From Eledone cirrhosa (lineage: Eukaryota), in assembly GCA_964016885.1 (NCBI GenBank), contig OZ024743.1, positions 349,742,001 to 349,806,000 of the forward strand: a stretch of 64,000 nt of DNA. The letters run 5' to 3'. The position numbers and the translations under genes were made by a program. Positions within the stretch are counted from its first letter, which is position 1. Each line of letters starts with the position of its first letter. Under the pieces are notes generated by a model that saw only the letters and a list, made by a program, of their open reading frames with translations, did no database searches and was not told the DNA's origin. This document shows, piece by piece, positions 57,776 to 64,000 of the stretch.

Positions 57776-58450
57776 AAAAGAGTCAGGACGCTGAGCTCCG
57801 GCCATTTCGACAGCTAGATCTGAACTTATATATATATGTGTGTGTGTGTGGGGGGGGGGGGGGGTGTCTGTGTGTATACTAGCTAATGTAACCAGCTTCA
57901 CAAGGGTAAGCAGATGAGAGAAGACAGGCAGAAGAGATAATGACTGTATTGGATGTTTGTCTGGTTTACAGTATGAGTCGAGACGGTGATGTATGTGAAA
58001 AAACAAAATTCGGACTGTAAAATGTGTGTCACGTTTATCAAAAGGATGATGGAAGTTCCAATATTTTATACTATATATATTGAGATATAGATAATTGTAT
58101 ATAAATGTGCATGTGTGCGTGCGTGAGCGTGTGTGTGTATGTGTGCATGTGTTTGTGTGTGTGTGTAAACCAGCATTTGAATAGGAGACGCTGGTCGCGA
58201 AACATTTATGTATATGTGTGTGTAGATATGATTGTGTGTGTATGTGTGTGTTTAATTCTCTTGTCTTTGTATCTGATTAAGTATTTACTTGAAGATATGT
58301 GTGTATGTAACTTATCAAGGTGTAATATACGTAACGAACGCGCAAACACACACACACTCATAGACACATACACATATAAAACATACACGTATAAAACATG
58401 ACGTCATCGTCGTGTTATGAAATATCCGTTTACTTGTAGTTATCTATTAA

Positions 58451-58625
58451 AGCGGAGATTTGGCAGTATCGGTAGAGTGTCAGATACCATGCTATGGCCC
58501 TTTATATTCTGAGTTCAAATCCCGCTGAGGTTAGCTTTGCTTTTCATCCTTACGGAGTCGATAAATAAAACACCAGTAAAACACTAGGTTAATTGCTGGC
58601 CTTGTGCCAAATGTAGAAACATTAC
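58451..58625 (+). mobile_element. tRNA-derived SINE
   Basis: gcggagatttggcagtatcggtagag...gagttcaaatccc...gctggccttgtgcc. Confidence 0.75.
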
Positions 58626-58679
58626 TTATAGTTGTCTATAGTACCTTATTGTAGATAACATTTTATATTGTTTTAATCC

Positions 58680-58794
58680 AAATGAAAATAAAAATTATAT
58701 GTTGACACTCCCGAGGTCTTATACGATCCCCTTCTAAAATTTGATTTGATTTGGTCGAGCCGTTTGTGAATGCATAAGGAAAAGACAGAGACAA

Positions 58795-58800
<6 letters not shown>
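58680..58800 (+). mobile_element. Possible Helitron/Helentron non-autonomous fragment
   Basis: aaatttgatttgatttggtcgagccgtttgtgaatgcataagga..agacagagac resembles DINE-1/HINE-type motifs; recognised from memory only. Confidence 0.3.
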
Positions 58801-58870
<70 letters not shown>

Positions 58871-58982
58871 CGAACATATACTATGAGAATGGTTGGCATC
58901 TTTTAAACGTAAAAACATTTTTCTCATTGAGTGAATTGAGTGTAACCAAACGATTGTAAGTATTTGACTATCGCCTCTGTAA

Positions 58983-59052
<70 letters not shown>

Positions 59053-59579
59053 TTTATTTATATAAGTAGCGTTACAGTTGGCCGCTTTCATTATCAAAGT
59101 AAACATCATCACTATAATTCGCATCACCATTAACATCAACATTATCATTACTTCCCTCATCAGTGTTTAACAACGCTCATCATCATCATACTCACCCACC
59201 CACTCCCCACCAACAACACGATTATGCTTAATATCACCACTACAATCAGTGACCACATCCCGTTCTCTAACCCTGCTCTAAATCCCAGGGCTATAATTGA
59301 CACTTGTTTTGCTACTTCAGAATATCAATAGTTTTAATAGCCCGTAAAGTGTTTATTACTTTTTAAGTGATCCTCGATGATTATATTGATTTTGTCTACA
59401 CGACATATCAAACAATACTCATCCCATACAAAGGCGTTTTCATGGAAGTTGTAGTGCCTCGGATTAAATGCTATACATTATTTAAAATCATACTTCTACG
59501 TTCTAAATGGTGGCTTTATCCCGTTAAGGGGTTAGTCATAATCTGGGTCAAACGAAAGATTTATACTCGTTCATTTAAG

Positions 59580-59860
59580 CGCAACCATAGTATAGTGATT
59601 AAGACGTTCGTTTTGGATCATGGTGTACCGAGTCTGACCCCACTACGTGGCGTTTTAGGAAAGTGTAATTGAGCATAGCCTCGGGTGGAACAAAGCCGTT
59701 TCTAACATAAGCACAAACCTTGATATTTTATGTGGGTGGCCGGACAATTGAATCGATTAAATGCACTCTACTCATTTACAGATATTTTATTTTATTGACT
59801 GTAGTAGCAAGGAGGGTGAAGTTGACCTGTTTCAAGTCAAATATCAATGAGATGAGGCAT
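59580..59860 (+). mobile_element. Degenerate SINE (family of 1180)
   Basis: tagtgattaagacgttcg...cccactacgtggcgttttaggaaagtgt...tagcctcggg. Confidence 0.5.
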
Positions 59861-60151
59861 ATATCTAAGTTATGTCGTACAAACCCCAAAAGACTGGACA
59901 AATTCATCAAACTGTGTGCTCTCAATACATTTCCTAAAAGCATCACCGGCGTATAGTAATATGAACTGCGTTAGAATGAACCTCCGCCGGTATCAACAAT
60001 GAGTATACCAGTTGTTCATTCAATGGAACAGGCTGTTCATGAAATTATCTTGTATGTGACTGAGCAGTCTATAGAAAATTGTACCTTAAAGTAATTCTCA
60101 TTGCGTTTCTGAGATTCATTCAAATATTGTCTATACTTACTAAATATTATA

Positions 60152-60318
60152 GGCTGGAGGATTGGCAGTATCGGTAGAGGATCGGACGCTATGCTTTGCA
60201 GCAAAGAGTTACGGCCCTTTACGGTCAGAGTTCAAATCCCGCCGAGGTTAATTTGCCTTTCATCATTACGGTGTCGATACAAATTGCTGGCCTTGTGCCA
60301 AAAGTAGAAACAATTATT
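60152..60318 (+). mobile_element. tRNA-derived SINE
   Basis: Same family as 58451. Confidence 0.75.
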
Positions 60319-60380
60319 ATAGATATAGGGACTACGGCAACATTACATTCATTTATATATATATATATATATATATACAC

Positions 60381-60823
60381 AGATAAATCTACCACTCAAC
60401 GGTAGGGTCTAACCCGTATGAAGAACTCAATGTAATCCGTATGTAGATGTCGTGAGGCAAAGTTTAAATACAAACATTTTCAACGATATAATTCAATTGG
60501 ATACAGAGTCAAAATAGAAATATTAAAACAATGAAATTAAACACAAAACTGTTAATTCATAGTAAAACACATTATTTTACGACCGTTTCTGGGGTGTAGT
60601 TCCCTGCATGTTCATTCAATTATTGATCTATGTAAAATTATTTCTGAAGACGGCGGGTAGTAAAGACGCATGTAGTTTTTCTTACTATGATATTTTGTAA
60701 TATATTTTACATAGATCAATAATTGAATGAACATGCAGGGAACTACCCCCCAGAAACGGTCGTAAAATAATGAGTCTTACTATGAATTAACAGTTTTGTG
60801 TTTAATTTCATTGTTTTAATATT

Positions 60824-60826
<3 letters not shown>
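60381..60826 (-). mobile_element. Fold-back pLTR fragment related to the Naiad element
   Basis: Minus strand matches the Naiad pLTR 3' end (ggattacattgagttcttcatacgg, ggtagatttatct); arms ~60514-60638 / 60704-60826. Confidence 0.8.
60637..60771 (+). ncRNA. Type I hammerhead with ~102-nt domain II
   Basis: attattt-CTGAAGA-cggcgggtagt...actacccccca-GAAA-cggtcg-TA-aaataat. Confidence 0.7.
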
Positions 60827-60916
<90 letters not shown>

Positions 60917-61154
60917 AGGTAGCTGTGTATGTAGGGGCCGTATGAGTTTGTGTCTGTGTCATATATTTATATCTGTCGGTGTTTATATCCCGTAACTTAG
61001 CCATCCAAACCAGTAAAAAAAACAAAAATAAAAATTCGATTAGTATATTTACTGTGATCGATATGACCCACTACTTCAAGGTTATGCTCACAAGTAAAAG
61101 AATAAAAGAATATAAAAACCCACACACACATATATACATGTATATATATATATA

Positions 61155-61292
<138 letters not shown>

Positions 61293-61309
61293 ATATGTAT
61301 ATATATATA

Positions 61310-61581
61310 TCTATCTAAGGCGGGTAAAATTCCCGAGATCCATGGACAAGTTCTCTCCAGCGGTCTCTGTCCCTCATTATCGCTGCCATGTCCTGCGTCT
61401 CCAACAGACCAGTGTCTGTCCTTAGGGCATCAACATACGTTAACCTTGGTCTTCCTCTTCTAGTGTGTCCATGTAGGGGCTCCCAAAGGAGTACTGAGTG
61501 CAATGTCAACTCTGGATGTCGGTGAGCATGTCCAGCTAACCTCAGTCTCCTCTGTGTCACTTTTGAGCTGACTTTTGGGAC
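61310..61581 (-). mobile_element. RTE-group LINE extreme 3' end in (TA)n
   Basis: RRLRLAGHAHRH...[23 protein letters not shown]...DRDRWR; stop codon followed almost immediately by TA repeats. Confidence 0.75.
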
Positions 61582-61607
61582 ATATATATATACAAATAGA
61601 TATATAT

Positions 61608-61668
<61 letters not shown>

Positions 61669-61853
61669 TGAAAGCACACCATAATCTACCTTGGTTGCCC
61701 TTGAAATATATATAATAAAATAATGATGGTTTTATAAATATAGTTTCCATTTATTAACATATTGTATATTTACTCCACTAACCAGTAGAGTGCTTTATAT
61801 CAGTTATAAAAATGTTTAAGCTTGTTGAATCCCAACAAATTAAATATAACCTC

Positions 61854-61906
<53 letters not shown>

Positions 61907-61909
<3 letters not shown>

Positions 61910-62075
61910 AGTTGTTACACACTAGAAACTGTTCTTTTCCTGACGATTTCCTTCGAATGAAACAGTTCTAGTCGAGTAGAAGCCATATCTATATTAGATT
62001 TTGTTGTATACACCCTACTAATGTATTGAGCGTCGCACTTGCTGTGGTTACCCATGATTGAACCCGGCACGCACA
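61907..62075 (+). mobile_element. Mini fold-back element with hammerhead-like motif
   Basis: cttttc-CTGACGA-tttccttcgaat-GAAA-cagttctag-TC-gagtag at 61934-61979; short inverted arm 61921-61934. Confidence 0.5.
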
Positions 62076-62085
62076 TATATGTATG

Positions 62086-62151
<66 letters not shown>

Positions 62152-62156
<5 letters not shown>

Positions 62157-62395
62157 ATATTTATTTATTAAAATAACATATTAAAGTTTAAGCAAAGAAT
62201 CGGTGCTTTCACCATTAACGGGATCTTCTGAAACTAAACAAGTCAATCTGTCAACGCAGAAGTAAATATTTCAAAAAACGTTGCAACCGGATGAAGACAG
62301 GAAGACGATACTTTGCTCTACGGTTCTTATATATTTGATATATATTTATCCTTATCGAGCCCTCTTTGGATTTTAGTCTTCCAATTTATTATTAT

Positions 62396-62400
<5 letters not shown>
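62152..62400. mobile_element. Fold-back-family element (shared with 12499 and 25072) with variant hammerhead on the minus strand, 62185-62235
   Basis: Reverse complement agttt-CAGAAGA-tcccgttaatggt-GAAA-gcaccgattctttgc-TT-aaact; strand switches to the plus-strand tail near 62311. Confidence 0.7.
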
Positions 62401-62477
<77 letters not shown>

Positions 62478-64000
62478 ATTGTTATACTTGGGAAGGGTGA
62501 TAGTGTTGTAATAATATTGCCAGAAATAATAACAGAACACACTGTTTGGTTGGTTTTCACTTCTGTATCTGTTATATCTCCATAGTTAATTTATTTGGCA
62601 ATCAACGTTTATCAATGATTGACCAATGTATGTAAGTATGTAAGTATGTATTGTATGTACTACGTTTTTGAATTTTTTTTGTAAGATTTCTTATCTGAAA
62701 ACGTGTGCTGAAGCAGATATTGTTATACTTTGGGAGGTTCACGCTGCCAATAAAAAGACACGCACATGTTGGTTTTCACTTAAATTTATTACAAATTTCC
62801 AGCTGTTTCGGTTAATAATCGAATGCTATAAATGACTCGGCAAACCAGCCTCGCTCCTTCATATTGTTTTACAGACGTGAAACACGCGAGGCTCTCGGAC
62901 AGTCCTAAACGTAACTTTCTCCTTAAACACTCTCATGTGCTGCTTGATTCCAACAGCAGACATAGAGCCTTTGTTCCAAAACTGATACAAATACCCCACA
63001 GGCCTTTCAGGGAGGAGACCAACATAATCAGCCAAGGACTGTTGATTGCTGAAATCTTTGAAATGACTAACAAGCTCAACATGGAAAAGAACAACCTTAA
63101 ATATATCACACAAACGTACATACATACACACGCGCGCACGCACACACACACACACACTCAGAGACGTACACACGCGCACTTCCACGGAACGTTAGGCCAT
63201 GGGGAATTAAAACAAGTATGTTACAAGTATAATACAAGTATATTACATAGATGTGAAAATAGCAATATATGTGTATGCTTGTGTATATATGTTTGCGTTT
63301 GTATGTGAGCGTAAATTACTGCTCTTCATGTTTTGCCACCTGTCCTTGTGACCATTGACCCTCTAAAGGAAGTTGTACAGGAGGGAGCGAGCATGTGCAC
63401 GAACACACCGATTCCACATATTCTGTTCCATATGAGACAGACAAATACATCATAGCGGTGTCAGATGATGAATGCTATCAATTTAGAGCAACGCGAACCA
63501 CTTTTCATTTGTGCATTTCGCATAGTTAGTATACTTTCAGGATTCATAAGCCATTGGCTGCGGATGAGCAACAGAGAATGGGATCTTTTACTAGATTTTC
63601 CTAATAGGATTTGTGTACATTGCCAGATTTATGCTGATTGCTGACTCACTATCGAGTTTGCGATAAAATGGCAGTATAAAGACTCCATTTACTCAGCAAT
63701 ATGGCAAGATTAAGACTATCTTCTCCGTAATGCGGCAAGCTTTAGACAGCATCTCATAGACACCGACAGGACTTCAATGGAAGACGCAGCTACATAGCCT
63801 AACGGAGAGTTCGATTATTCCTGCTTATACTATACATTCCATGTGTACCTCGAAATAAGAAAAATATGGAAGCGGTGATTTTTTTTATCGTCACAGACGA
63901 ACAATACCCCTCACCAATCCTCCGCAGTGAGAGACCTGATGTCTGTATGTAGTCGAAAGAAATAGTTTTGGATACTTTCGCTCGAAATATAATTTTTTAA

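Noticed and set aside
63920-63965. cctgatgtctgtatgtagtcgaaa as a hammerhead
   Set aside because: The core is incomplete and there is no stem I or III.

Overview
AT-rich animal genomic DNA, dense in microsatellites and retroelements. The SINE families and repeat style suggest an octopus or other cephalopod (inference). The only supportable host coding sequence is one 174-bp minus-strand exon of a beta-lactamase/serine-hydrolase-like gene (550-723). The rest is mostly non-LTR retroelements: arrays of R4/Dong elements and Tx1/L1-like elements in (AAT)n/(ATT)n tracts, plus RTE, CR1 and CRE relics and tRNA-derived SINEs. There is also one young, apparently intact Penelope-like element of the Naiad type (ORF 34875-37316, ~1.7-kb direct repeats). 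The most striking structure not shown by the ORF track is about a dozen short, mostly unrelated fold-back (inverted-repeat) elements in (TA)n tracts. Most carry a type I hammerhead ribozyme, including core variants and a form with a >100-nt domain II shared with the intact Naiad. Most short ORFs in the track are microsatellite artefacts. All motifs and pairings were read by eye; no searches or folding programs were run.
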